DNA of 64,000 bases from an uncultured Dehalococcoidia bacterium (GTDB lineage: Bacteria; Chloroflexota; Dehalococcoidia; Lucifugimonadales; G958296245). Location: contig OY282458.1 of assembly GCA_958296245.1 (NCBI GenBank), positions 1,260,777 through 1,324,776 on the forward strand, given 5' to 3'. Under the pieces are notes generated by a model that was not told the origin of the DNA, ran no database searches, and worked only from the letters and a program-made list of their open reading frames with translations. Shown here piece after piece: positions 35,123-44,703 of the stretch; position 1 is the first letter of the stretch; each line of letters opens with the position of its first letter. Both the position numbers and the translations under genes were made by a program.

Positions 35123-36568
35123 CTAGATGAACGCCCCGGCGCCTGTCCGGGCCACGGCGCCGGCGTGAGGTATCGGGGCGCGGGTCTTCCCCGTGGGGAA
35201 TATCTTGCCGGGATTGAACCGGCCGCGGCTTCCGAAGGCCGGGGCCAGCTTTGCCATGGCCGCCATGTCCTCGTCGTTGAACATCAGAGGCATGTATTCC
35301 TGCTTTTCCAAGCCGATCCCGTGCTCTCCCGAAAGCACCCCGCCGGCCTCCACGCACAACTCGAGGATCTCCGCGCCGGCTTCCATGGTGCGCCGAAGCT
35401 GGTCAGGGTCGCGCTCGTCGAAGAGCACTGAGGGATGTAAATTTCCGTCCCCGGCGTGGAGTAGGTTGGCAATGGGGAGCCCGTACTTGTCGCCTATCTC
35501 CGTGATACGGGCCAAGACCTCCATCAACCTCGTCCTGGGAATGGTGCCGTCCACCAGATAGTAGTTCGGCGCGAGGCGGCCAAGGGCGCCTAGAACGCCC
35601 TTCCTCCCCGCCCACAGGCGGGCGCGCTCCTCTTCGTCGACGGCGGCGCGTATCTCCATCGGGTCGTAGCTGCGGCATACGCGCTCGATCTCCGATGCCT
35701 CCTCTTCCACGGCTTCACTCAGGCCGTCCACCTCCACCAGCAGCACGGCGCCGGCGCCCTTGGGGTATCCTGCGTTGACTGCCGGCTCGACGGCCTCTAT
35801 GCAGAAGTGGTCCATCATCTCGATGGCGGCGGGAACGATGCCGGCCGCGATTATCCCCGAGACGGCGGAGCTTGCCTGGTCCATCTCCTTGAACACCGCG
35901 AGAAGGGTCTTGACGGCCTCCGGCTGCTTGAGCAGCCGAACGACTATCTTCGTAGCGATGGCGAGCGTACCCTCCGACCCGATCACGATGCCCCGGAGGT
36001 CGTAGCCCGGCGTCTCCCGCGTCCGTCCGCCGAGCCACGCGATCGAGCCGTCCGCCAGCACGACCTCCATCCCCAGAACGTGATTCGTAGTAACGCCGTA
36101 GGCTAGGCAGTGCGGCCCTCCCGAGTTCTCTGCCACGTTGCCCCCGATTGTGCAGGCCCTCTGGCTGGACGGGTCCGGGGCGAAGTAGAGCCCGTACTCG
36201 GCTGCCGCCGTGGAGATATCCAGGTTCACCACGCCCGGCTCAACCACCGCCAGGTGGTCTGCCGGGTCGATCTCCAGGATGCGCTTCATCCTGGTGAGGG
36301 CGACCACCAGCCCCCCCTGCTCGGCAACGGCGCCCCCGCTTAGCCCGGTGCCCGCTCCGCGCGCCACGATGGGGACCCCTGCGCGGGAGGCGGCTGACAC
36401 CACCTCCGAGACCTCCGCCGTGCTGCCTGGAAGCACCACGGCGGAGGGCATGGCCTTGTCCACCGAGCCGTCGTACTCGAAGACTATCAAGTCCTCCGGC
36501 AGGTGGATCACGTAGTCGTTGCCGACTATCGCTCTAAGCTCGTTGACCAGCGGATCGACGTCGGGCAC
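35123..36568 (-). CDS. glcD: FAD-linked oxidase, glycolate oxidase subunit GlcD
   Basis: 481 aa. ..VVLPGSTAEVSEVV..A....VPIVARGAGTGLSGGAV.. and C-terminal ..GGVLSGEHGIGLEK... Confidence 0.9.
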   Translation of the reverse strand: MPDVDPLVNELRAIVGNDYVIHLPEDLIVFEYDGSVDKAMPSAVVLPGSTAEVSEVVSAASRAGVPIVARGAGTGLSGGAVAEQGGLVVALTRMKRILEIDPADHLAVVEPGVVNLDISTAAAEYGLYFAPDPSSQRACTIGGNVAENSGGPHCLAYGVTTNHVLGMEVVLADGSIAWLGGRTRETPGYDLRGIVIGSEGTLAIATKIVVRLLKQPEAVKTLLAVFKEMDQASSAVSGIIAAGIVPAAIEMMDHFCIEAVEPAVNAGYPKGAGAVLLVEVDGLSEAVEEEASEIERVCRSYDPMEIRAAVDEEERARLWAGRKGVLGALGRLAPNYYLVDGTIPRTRLMEVLARITEIGDKYGLPIANLLHAGDGNLHPSVLFDERDPDQLRRTMEAGAEILELCVEAGGVLSGEHGIGLEKQEYMPLMFNDEDMAAMAKLAPAFGSRGRFNPGKIFPTGKTRAPIPHAGAVARTGAGAFI

Positions 36569-36774
36569 AAGCGGCTCCCAAGCACATCTTATTGAATCGT
36601 CGGACCGCGTTCAACCAACCCGACCAAGCGCGTCCATAACGGAGTGGGCGCAGAGTGTCCACGCTCCCATGCCCAGAGGGGGCGGCTGGCGCCGCTTGGC
36701 TCGTTGTCGCCCGGGTGCGGGCGGGCTATACTTATCGCCAATACTGGGCCGATTGGGCGCTGAGGGGTGTGTTG

Positions 36775-37692
36775 ATGCGTGTCATGGTGACCGGCGGGGC
36801 CGGCTTCGTTGGCTCCCACGTCGTCGACGGCCTGCTGGCCGGAGGCCACGAAGTACTCGTCGTTGACGACCTTTCGACGGGCTGCCCGTCCAATCTGCCC
36901 CCGGACGTCGAACTGGAGGAGATGGACGTCGCCAGCGCCGAATTGGTCGACGTGGCGTCGGCATGGCGCCCCGCGGCCGTGTCCCACGCGGCGGCGCAGC
37001 CATCCGTCCCGGTGTCCATGTCTGACCCCGCGCTCGACGCCCACACCAACGTCATGGGCGGGCTGAACGTGCTCAAAGCCGCCGTGGAAGCCGGGGCCTC
37101 CCAGTTGGTCTACGTCAACACCGGCGGAGCGCTTTACGGCGAGCCCGACTATCTGCCCTGCGACGAAGGCCACCCGCTCAGGCCGGTCAGCGCCTACGGC
37201 TTGAGCAAGCTGACGATGGAGCGGTACTTCAACCTCTTGCTTCCAAGGTCGATGACCCTCAAGGTCCTTCGCCTAGCCAACGTCTACGGCCCCCGTCAGT
37301 CTTCGGAGGGCGAATCGGGGGTCATCTCGATATTCGCCCGCCGGATGCTGCGCGGAGAGCCGGTGACCATCGACGGCGACGGCCTACAGACGCGCGACTT
37401 CGTGTACGTTGAGGACGTAGCTGCCGCGCACGGACTCGCCATCGACGCGACGGGAGCAGTGACCGCCAACATTGGCTCCGGGCGCGGCGCCTCCATTAGC
37501 GAACTATTCAACGTAATCTCGAAGCTAACCGGCTATGACCGGCCTCCTCGGCACGGGTCGCCGCGAGTGGGGGACGTCAGGCATATCGTGTTGGACGTCT
37601 CCGGGGCGCGCGAACGTCTCGGGTGGACGCCCGCGACCAGCCTCGCGGACGGCCTCCGTAAGACCGTCGCGGCCCTGAGCCGTGAACAGTAG
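36775..37692 (+). CDS. NAD-dependent epimerase/dehydratase (UDP-glucose 4-epimerase-like)
   Basis: MRVMVTGGAGFVGSH.. Rossmann motif and catalytic YGLSK. Start moved from 36655 to ATG 36775. Confidence 0.8.
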   Translation: MRVMVTGGAGFVGSHVVDGLLAGGHEVLVVDDLSTGCPSNLPPDVELEEMDVASAELVDVASAWRPAAVSHAAAQPSVPVSMSDPALDAHTNVMGGLNVLKAAVEAGASQLVYVNTGGALYGEPDYLPCDEGHPLRPVSAYGLSKLTMERYFNLLLPRSMTLKVLRLANVYGPRQSSEGESGVISIFARRMLRGEPVTIDGDGLQTRDFVYVEDVAAAHGLAIDATGAVTANIGSGRGASISELFNVISKLTGYDRPPRHGSPRVGDVRHIVLDVSGARERLGWTPATSLADGLRKTVAALSREQ

Positions 37693-37961
37693 CAGGGCTG
37701 CGGAAGACGGGGAGTGCAGGGGCGCAGCCCCTTTGCCGGGAGTCGGAGAGCCCGCCCTGAGCCTGCGGAAAGGGGTGTCCCTCAGATACAACGCACCTCC
37801 TTTCCCGTTCAGGAAGGACCCCTCGGCATGACCGTTCGGAGAGGCCCTCACGGTTCAACTCATGGGGACTGAACGGTTACGTCCATGTTGCGCCCCTTCA
37901 TGGGAGTTACGTAGAATCAGGGTTTATAGACACCCACCGCAGCTCTCCGGCTAGATCCTTA

Positions 37962-40229
37962 ATGGCTTCGTTCCCCGCTGTATCCAACTTGCAGGTCGAC
38001 GTTGTTCTGGTCAGGACCATCAAGGTCGTGCTGGCGCTCGTGGCGCTCACGCCGCTAATAGTCATGACCAGACTGCTGCCCGACGTCGATTGGTTGCTGC
38101 CCAGCGCCTTCTTCCCTTTCGTCGTCGGCAAGGCCCTATATCTCCGGTTACTGACGCAGGTAGCGTTCGGCCTGTGGCTGCTCTTGTTCCTCAGGGACCC
38201 GTCTTACAAGGCTCGGTGGTCAGCCGTCCTGATAGCGTTTGCCGTTTACGTGTCCGTCACCCTTATTTCGTCACTGCTCGGCGTGTCGCCGCAGCTTTCC
38301 ACGTGGTCCAACTACGAGCGGATGCAGGGGTTTGTCGGCTTGGTGCACTGGTTGGCCTTCGTATGGGTGCTGGTTTCCGTTTACAGGACCCAGTCCGATT
38401 GGCGCGCCTTGTTGAACGTTGGTCTGGCTGCCGGCATTGTGATTGCCGTGCTCGGAGTGGCGCAAAGCTCCGGCATCCGGATCTTCTCCTTCTTGCAGGA
38501 CGTGGACAGGCTCGACATCACGCTGGGCAATGCCACGTACGTCGGCAGCTATATGTCCGTGGGTGCGCTCGTAGCCGTGGCTTTCCTTGTCCATTCCTTC
38601 CTGAGGGGTGAAGACGAGGCCCCGGAGCAATCGGAACGGGCGAGTCGAGAGCGGCCCAGGACGAGGCGCCGGAGAAGGCGGGGGGGGGGCCGGCAGGCCC
38701 GCCAGTCCCCTCAGATGTTCAGCCCGTCCATCTGGCTTGCAGCCTGGCTGGCCGCCTTGGGGCTGTCCCTTCTGCTGGTGTTGGTCACCAGGTCAGCGGT
38801 CGCCTACGCCCTGTTTCTCGCCGTGCTGGCGGCCTTTGGAGGAAGCTACTACTTGTCCAAGGCGCAGCGGGAGTCTTGGTGGAGGGCATTTTGGATCATC
38901 TCAGCGGGTCTTTTCCTCGGTGCCGTGTTCCTGAGTGCGACCAGGGGCGCGGTCGTCGGACTGGCTGGCGCTGTGATCGTGTTCGGGGTCGCGTACGCCC
39001 TACTGGGTAAGCTGAAGTGGGTGCGTCTGTGGGTGGCTGGGTTCATAGGCGTCGTGCTGCTTCTGAGCCTGCTGATGTTTGCGGCGCGTAACACCCCTCC
39101 GGTCGAGGCGATGAAGTCTTCCAGCCCCATGCTGAGCCGCGTATTGGAGTTTAGCCCAAGCGACCTGAGCGTCAGGGGGAGGGTCGCGGCGGCTCGGACT
39201 GGGCTCCGAGCCTTCGCGGATAAACCCATCTTTGGGTGGGGCCCCGGGAACTATTCGGTGGCCTATGACCGGTACGTGACCGCGGAGGCATCGATCACTG
39301 TGGACGAGTCCTTCGATCAGGCGCACAACAAACCGATCGAGGAGCTCGTCACCGGAGGCGTAGTGGGTTTTACGGCATATATGGCGGTCTGGGCGTGCAT
39401 CTTTGTGGCAGTGCTGCGCCGGGCGAGGCGGCAGACGCCAAGAGCGCAGATCTATACGATGCTGATCGGAGCTGCCCTTACCGGCTACTTCATACAGAAC
39501 TTGTTCTTGTTCGATACGCCGGGCACTGTGGTCTGGTTCATGCTGATGCTCGGATATGCAGCGTATCTCGAGACCGAGAGATCCCCCCTGAGCGTCGGCG
39601 TCTCAGGCGGGCAAGCCCCAAAGGTCCACGTGTCTGAGACGCTGGCGCTCAGGGGGGCGGCGGTTGCGGTTGCGCTGGCCGTTGCTTTGTCCGCCTACTT
39701 CCTCGTAGCACGCCCGTTGGTGAGCGCTGTTCTCGTGGTCGAGGCTCTTGACACCCGGAGGCCGTTAACGTGGGAGCAGCGCATAGACACCTTCCAACGG
39801 GGTTTCGCCGCCTTCCCTCCCAATGCGAATCAACCGCGTGTCGCAATGTTCAAGATGGTCGCGGCGGAATTCGCCACCCTCACGCCGTGGGACGCCGACC
39901 GGACCCTGTATGTCGTCGATGGAGTCTTGGAGGAAGCCACCCGCGGCCACCCTGAGGGGTGGCGCCTCCTAGTGGGTGCTGCTGAAGTTTACCAGCAGGC
40001 CGCGGCCCGCTCCCCTGAGTACTTGGCTGTGGCCAGGGATCTCATCGATAGGGCGGGTTCCCTCGCGCCGGGGCGCAAGGAGGTGGTGCGCGCCGAAGCA
40101 ATCCAGTACCTTGACGAGGGCGACCTAGAAGGGGCCGGAGCCGTATTGGACGGATATGTTGCCCAGTATGCGGACGCCGAGGGGTACTTCAAAGACATCA
40201 GGCGGGCCATCGAATCGCGGTCTGAGTGA
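37962..40229 (+). CDS. O-antigen ligase (Wzy_C)-like polytopic membrane protein with soluble C-terminal helical domain
   Basis: 755 aa, more than 10 TM segments. ..QAHNKPIEELVTGGVVGFTAYMAVW.. resembles the Wzy_C H-N..e...e.G..G motif. Confidence 0.55.
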   Translation: MASFPAVSNLQVDVVLVRTIKVVLALVALTPLIVMTRLLPDVDWLLPSAFFPFVVGKALYLRLLTQVAFGLWLLLFLRDPSYKARWSAVLIAFAVYVSVTLISSLLGVSPQLSTWSNYERMQGFVGLVHWLAFVWVLVSVYRTQSDWRALLNVGLAAGIVIAVLGVAQSSGIRIFSFLQDVDRLDITLGNATYVGSYMSVGALVAVAFLVHSFLRGEDEAPEQSERASRERPRTRRRRRRGGGRQARQSPQMFSPSIWLAAWLAALGLSLLLVLVTRSAVAYALFLAVLAAFGGSYYLSKAQRESWWRAFWIISAGLFLGAVFLSATRGAVVGLAGAVIVFGVAYALLGKLKWVRLWVAGFIGVVLLLSLLMFAARNTPPVEAMKSSSPMLSRVLEFSPSDLSVRGRVAAARTGLRAFADKPIFGWGPGNYSVAYDRYVTAEASITVDESFDQAHNKPIEELVTGGVVGFTAYMAVWACIFVAVLRRARRQTPRAQIYTMLIGAALTGYFIQNLFLFDTPGTVVWFMLMLGYAAYLETERSPLSVGVSGGQAPKVHVSETLALRGAAVAVALAVALSAYFLVARPLVSAVLVVEALDTRRPLTWEQRIDTFQRGFAAFPPNANQPRVAMFKMVAAEFATLTPWDADRTLYVVDGVLEEATRGHPEGWRLLVGAAEVYQQAAARSPEYLAVARDLIDRAGSLAPGRKEVVRAEAIQYLDEGDLEGAGAVLDGYVAQYADAEGYFKDIRRAIESRSE
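38680..38689 (+). repeat. G10 homopolymer tract inside the O-antigen-ligase-like CDS
   Basis: ..aaggc gggggggggg ccgg.., the longest homopolymer I found in the window. Encodes part of RRRRRRGGGRQ. Confidence 0.9.
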
Positions 40230-40286
40230 GTCCCCCTGCCGTGGGGCGGGATAGCTTCTTGAACGGGGCGGCGTTGGAGGTATCGC

Positions 40287-41768
40287 GTGACTCTGTACCC
40301 TGTGATAATGGCCGGCGGCTCAGGGACACGGCTCTGGCCGTTGTCTCGCGAGCACCACCCCAAGCAGTTCTTCCCCGTCGTGGGCGACAAGACCATGCTT
40401 CAGCAGACCGTGGGCCGCCTCGACGGAATCAGGTCCGCCGAGCATCCCATCCTCGTCTGCAACGAGGCCCACCGGTTTCTGGTAGCGGACCAGCTTCGAG
40501 CAGTGGGCGTGAACCCTCTTGGCATCATCATCGAGCCGGAGGGCCGCAACACTGCGCCCGCCCTTACGCTCGCAGCTCTCCAGCTTCTCGAGATGGGAGA
40601 CGGCCGCGACTGCGACCCGGTAATGCTGGCGATGCCGGGGGACCACGTGATGCGCGACGTCGGCGCCTTCCACGAGGCCGTGGAGGCCGGCGAGGCGCTG
40701 GCCGCCGACGGGTGGATGGTGACCTTCGGCGTCGTTCCGGACGCGCCGGAGACCGGCTACGGCTACATCAAGAAGGGTGATGCGCTGAGCGATGCGGCAG
40801 CAGACACCCCCGCCGCGGTCCCGTGCCGCATTTCCGAGTTCGTAGAGAAGCCGAGTTGGGAGACCGCGCGGGCCTACGTGGACAGCGGTATATATCTGTG
40901 GAACAGCGGCATATTCATGATGCGGGTCTCGACCTGGCTCTCGTCACTGGAACGATTCAGGCCGGATATTGCAAAGGCATGTAGGCGCGCGCACTCTAAC
41001 GGGCGCGTCGACGGCGCCTTCTACAGGCCCGGAGCGCCGGACTTTCTTGGATGCCCCAGCGAATCCATCGACTACGCGGTGATGGAGAAGGCCGCCGGCC
41101 TACCACCGAAGGGTCGGCATGGCTTGGCGGACAGCGCCGTGGTGCCGTTGGACGCCGGCTGGTCGGACATCGGCACGTGGTCTGCCCTTTGGAAACATGG
41201 GGAGCCGGACTGTGCGGGCAACGTAATACGCGGCGACGTGTGCGCACAGTCCACCGAAGACGCCGTTGTCGTGTCACAGCATCGTCTTGTGGCAGCAGTC
41301 GGGGTCAAGGACATGGTGGTCGTGGAGACGGCCGACGCCGTGCTGGTGGCCCACAAAGACAGCGTACAGGACGTCAAAGAGGTGGTGCGGCGCCTGAAGT
41401 CAAACGAAAGGCCGGAGGCGGAATCCCATAGGAAGGTGTACCGGCCGTGGGGAAACTACGAGGTGGTGGACTCCGGACCCGGCTTCCAGGTCAAGCGGCT
41501 GACGGTTAACGCCGGGGCTGCCCTCTCTCTTCAGATGCATCACCATCGAGCGGAGCACTGGGTCGTGGTCGGCGGTACTGCGAAGGTCACCAGGGGTAGC
41601 GAGGTATTCTCGCTCTCGGAGAACCAGTCGACGTATGTTCCCATGGGCACCAAGCACAGGTTGGAGAACCCGGCCCAAACGCCCTTGGAAATCATAGAGG
41701 TACAGACCGGCGGCTATCTCGGTGAGGACGACATAGTGCGGTTCCAAGACGATTATGATAGACACTAG
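40287..41768 (+). CDS. manC: Mannose-1-phosphate guanylyltransferase / mannose-6-phosphate isomerase
   Basis: VIMAGGSGTRLWPLSR.., ..GYGYI.., C-terminal cupin ..HHRAEHWVVVGGTAKV... GTG start. Confidence 0.9.
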   Translation: MTLYPVIMAGGSGTRLWPLSREHHPKQFFPVVGDKTMLQQTVGRLDGIRSAEHPILVCNEAHRFLVADQLRAVGVNPLGIIIEPEGRNTAPALTLAALQLLEMGDGRDCDPVMLAMPGDHVMRDVGAFHEAVEAGEALAADGWMVTFGVVPDAPETGYGYIKKGDALSDAAADTPAAVPCRISEFVEKPSWETARAYVDSGIYLWNSGIFMMRVSTWLSSLERFRPDIAKACRRAHSNGRVDGAFYRPGAPDFLGCPSESIDYAVMEKAAGLPPKGRHGLADSAVVPLDAGWSDIGTWSALWKHGEPDCAGNVIRGDVCAQSTEDAVVVSQHRLVAAVGVKDMVVVETADAVLVAHKDSVQDVKEVVRRLKSNERPEAESHRKVYRPWGNYEVVDSGPGFQVKRLTVNAGAALSLQMHHHRAEHWVVVGGTAKVTRGSEVFSLSENQSTYVPMGTKHRLENPAQTPLEIIEVQTGGYLGEDDIVRFQDDYDRH

Positions 41769-41850
41769 CGCCGTGAGGTCCGCCGGCGCAGTGAGGGATG
41801 ATGTCTGAATCAGGATTGGGCGGGGGACGGTTGGGCGGGGAGGGTGGAGG

Positions 41851-42933
41851 TCAGATGCTGAATAGTATGTTCAGGACGTCGCCGTCCTGGACCGGGTACG
41901 TCTTCCCTTCCTGGCTGAGCTCGCCCCGCCGGCGCGCGTTGGCAGGCCCGCCGCAGGCGGCCAGCGCTTCGGCGCCGATTACCTCCGCTCTGATGAAACC
42001 CTTCGCGAAGTCGGTATGCACTCGCCCTGCGGCCTCGACGGCGGTTGTACCGTCAGGAACGGTCCAGGCCCTGACCTCGTTGGCGTTGCAGGTGAAGAAG
42101 GTGATCAGGCCGGCGGCCGCCTGCGATAGCTCTATCATCCTGTTCAGGCCGGACTCCCCGAGTCCCATGCCCTCCCGCATCTCGCACTCGGAGGCGGGGT
42201 CCATGCCGGCCAGTTCCATCTCGATTTCCCCGCAAAGGGCTGTAGTGTGGATTCCAGCATAGGCTAGGCCGTCTTGCAAAGACGCCGCCAGATCGTCGGC
42301 GCGGTCGAGCTGCTCCTCGCCGACGTTGACGGCTACGGCCATAGGCTTGGCCGTGAGGAGTTGAAAGCCCTCCAGGGAGCGCCGGTCGTCCCCGGTCAGT
42401 TCCTGGCCCCGCAGGGCGGTCTCTGCTTCTAGGCCGTCCTTGACCCGCGTGAGCAGATCCCGTTCCTTGACCAGATTGCCGCGCTCGGCGGCTTTCGCGC
42501 CCTTCAACCCATCCTGAATCCGTCCGAGACGCCGCTCGATGATCCCGACGTCGGATACGACGAGCTCCAGCAGCATGGTTTCGGCGTCGCCCAGCGGATC
42601 GACGCGGTCGTCTGCTGCGGGGTCGGTGAAGCCGCGCACCACTAGGAGCAGGACGTCGGCGGACTGCATCAGGTTGAGATACTCGCCCGACACGCCCCGC
42701 GTCCTGCCCAAGCCTTCGGGCGGCGACGGCAGGTCGGCATAGCGCACCTCGGCGGGCACGACCCGTTTAGGCCGGTAGACGTCGGCCAGCACGTCGAGTC
42801 TGGGGTCGGATACCTTTGCCACCCCGAGGTTAACTTTAGCCGAGTAGGCGGCGACGTCCGCCCGGCCTCGTGTGACGGCGTTGAATACCGTCGTCTTGCC
42901 GCTCCGCGGTAGGCCGGCTATGACAACGTCCAT
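41851..42933 (-). CDS. ychF: Redox-regulated ATPase YchF (Obg-family GTPase/ATPase)
   Basis: 360 aa, P-loop GLPRSGKTTVFNAVT, C-terminal TGS-like ..AWTVPDGTTAVEAAGRVHTDFAKGFIRAEV... Confidence 0.8.
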   Translation of the reverse strand: MDVVIAGLPRSGKTTVFNAVTRGRADVAAYSAKVNLGVAKVSDPRLDVLADVYRPKRVVPAEVRYADLPSPPEGLGRTRGVSGEYLNLMQSADVLLLVVRGFTDPAADDRVDPLGDAETMLLELVVSDVGIIERRLGRIQDGLKGAKAAERGNLVKERDLLTRVKDGLEAETALRGQELTGDDRRSLEGFQLLTAKPMAVAVNVGEEQLDRADDLAASLQDGLAYAGIHTTALCGEIEMELAGMDPASECEMREGMGLGESGLNRMIELSQAAAGLITFFTCNANEVRAWTVPDGTTAVEAAGRVHTDFAKGFIRAEVIGAEALAACGGPANARRRGELSQEGKTYPVQDGDVLNILFSI

Positions 42934-42954
42934 CGGCCTCCGAGGAGAGCGGGG

Positions 42955-43392
42955 CTACCTGCTCGGTTGGTCGTCGTCTTCGTCGTACCGGAACGATCCC
43001 TCGATGACGTCTCTCTTGGGCGAGGCGCCCCGGTCCTGCGGGGAGGCCGGCTTCCTTCCCGTTGCGTGCTCTATTACCACGTCCTTGGGGCATGAGGCCA
43101 GGAACAGGGCGAGGGCCGCGAGAGCCACGATGAGGTCGTCGAATCGGCCGGCGAACGGCAGGAAGTCGGAGACGAGATCGAACGGGGATATGACGTAGAG
43201 GATGGCCGCAGGTATGATCAGCTTGGCGCCGACCGGGACCCTCCGGTCCATCATCAATCTGAAGATGAGGCGGAGGCCGCCCGTCAGTCCGAGCAGACGG
43301 ATCAGTCCGATCAACGGCGTCGCTCTCCTTACCCGTGGTGGGATATTATACCTCTTGCCGGCAGCCTTCTGCTGACGGCTTGGAGGAAGCAT
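42955..43392 (-). CDS. DUF1232 (YkvA-like) membrane protein
   Basis: ..YVISPFDLVSDFLPFAGRFDDLIVALAAL.. is the family core. Confidence 0.7.
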   Translation of the reverse strand: MLPPSRQQKAAGKRYNIPPRVRRATPLIGLIRLLGLTGGLRLIFRLMMDRRVPVGAKLIIPAAILYVISPFDLVSDFLPFAGRFDDLIVALAALALFLASCPKDVVIEHATGRKPASPQDRGASPKRDVIEGSFRYDEDDDQPSR

Positions 43393-43449
43393 CTGATACG
43401 ACTGTACTACGGCGACGATTCGTTCTCAATAGATGAGCAGGTCGCGGCA

Positions 43450-44397
43450 ATGACCAAACAGGTGTCGCCTCCCGACCTTCGCGACGTCAACGTGACCACC
43501 TTCGACGGCAGGGAGGTGAAGTTCGCCGAGCTTTGCGCCACGTGCAGCACGGCGCCCTTCCTTTCGGAGATGCGTTTGGTCGTGGTGCGGGGTCTCCTGT
43601 CGCGGTTCGAGCGTCGGCCCGGGTCAGGCCAGCAGGGCCGCGAAGGCGCGGGCGAATGGGAAGGACTGGGCGACTATCTCCCCACCGTTCCCGACACCAC
43701 CCACGTCGTGTTCACGGACGGCCGCCTCGGCGCCCGGAACCCGCTGCTGAGGGTGATCAAGCAGCACGCCGAGGTGCAGACTTTCCCTTTGCCTCGCGGC
43801 CGCGGGCTGTCGGAGTGGGTCCGGGAAAGGGCCAAGGGCCGCGGCGTCGAGATCGAGCCCAGGGCGGCCCAGTCGCTGACCGACGCGGTTGGCCCTCAGC
43901 TGCGCGTCTTGGACTCGGAGATTCGGAAGCTGGCGGCTTACGGACGCGGCGGCGCGATCAGCCACGCCGACGTGCAGGCGCTGGTGTCCAACACCCGCGA
44001 GGCCAGCATCTTCATGGCCGTGGACGCGGTCATAGAGGGCCGGCCGGGGGTGGCCCTGCGGCACGTGGCGAAGCTGATGCAGGCGGGCAGCTCCGCCGGG
44101 TACATACTGGCGATGCTGGCCAGGCAAGTGAGGCTGTTGATGCTGGCCAAAGACCTCAGGATGCAGGGTGTCCCGCATGAAGAGATGGGCCCGAGATTGG
44201 GGGTGAGCGGCTTCCCCTTGCGGAAGACCCTAGAACAGGCAGGCACGGCAGACCTCGATCGCTTGAAGGCCATGCACTGGAAGTTGGTTGAGACGGACTT
44301 GCGGACCAAATCGACCGCGGGGCATGATGAGCTGGCAGTGGACTTGCTCATAGCCGAGGCGGCGGCCACCGCCAACACCCGCGCACGGCGGCGTTAG
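43450..44397 (+). CDS. holA: DNA polymerase III delta subunit (annotated from the first ATG; true N-terminus probably ~19 codons upstream at a non-canonical start)
   Basis: ..FLSEMRLVVVRG.., ..EIRKLAAY.., ..IFMAVDAV.. In-frame upstream codons read LIRLYYGDDSFSIDEQVAA, the usual HolA N-terminus. Confidence 0.75.
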   Translation: MTKQVSPPDLRDVNVTTFDGREVKFAELCATCSTAPFLSEMRLVVVRGLLSRFERRPGSGQQGREGAGEWEGLGDYLPTVPDTTHVVFTDGRLGARNPLLRVIKQHAEVQTFPLPRGRGLSEWVRERAKGRGVEIEPRAAQSLTDAVGPQLRVLDSEIRKLAAYGRGGAISHADVQALVSNTREASIFMAVDAVIEGRPGVALRHVAKLMQAGSSAGYILAMLARQVRLLMLAKDLRMQGVPHEEMGPRLGVSGFPLRKTLEQAGTADLDRLKAMHWKLVETDLRTKSTAGHDELAVDLLIAEAAATANTRARRR

Positions 44398-44412
44398 CTC
44401 TACACGCGAGGC

Positions 44413-44514
44413 TTCTCCCCTGTGGCAGGGGGTCCGGGGCTGTGCCCCCAGTTACCAAGGGGCGGGCGGGTATCAAGACGTCTGCTTTATCGGCGCTGCG
44501 CCAGTCGAAAAGGA
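44413..44514 (+). repeat. Copy B of the structured intergenic repeat
   Basis: See 19541-19651. Lies between the holA stop and the 5S promoter. Confidence 0.6.
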
Positions 44515-44536
44515 CAGTTACGCCGGCGCCGTGCCG

Positions 44537-44565
44537 TTGACGATGCGGCGATAACCCCTTATGAT
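44537..44565 (+). promoter_or_regulatory. Candidate sigma70-type promoter of the 5S rRNA gene
   Basis: TTGACG - 17 nt - TATGAT. The -10 ends 17 nt before the mature 5S 5' end. Confidence 0.45.
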
Positions 44566-44582
44566 TCTAGGCAAGGTCAGGT

Positions 44583-44703
44583 CCCCTGGTGATTCTAGCG
44601 AGGTGGAACCACCCGTTCCCATCCCGAACACGGTAGTGAAACGCTTCAGCGCCGACGATACTGCACTTGCAAGGGTGTGGGAAAATAGGCCATCGCCAGG
44701 GGG
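44583..44703 (+). rRNA. rrf: 5S ribosomal RNA
   Basis: ..CCCGUUCCCAUCCCGAACACGGUAGUGAAACGCUUCAGCGCCGACGAUACU.. is the universal bacterial 5S core. Terminal helix CCCCUGGUGA / UCGCCAGGGG. Ends are +/- 2 nt. Confidence 0.9.

Noticed and set aside
37718-37734. Hairpin aggggc-gca-gcccct after the epimerase gene, as a possible Rho-independent terminator
   Set aside because: The stem is only 6 bp and there is no real U-tract (ttg), which is too weak to call.
44571-44585. aggtcaggtcc, reminiscent of the SRP RNA conserved motif
   Set aside because: Only ~11 nt match, with no flanking SRP helix-8 context. It overlaps the 5S leader and 5' end.
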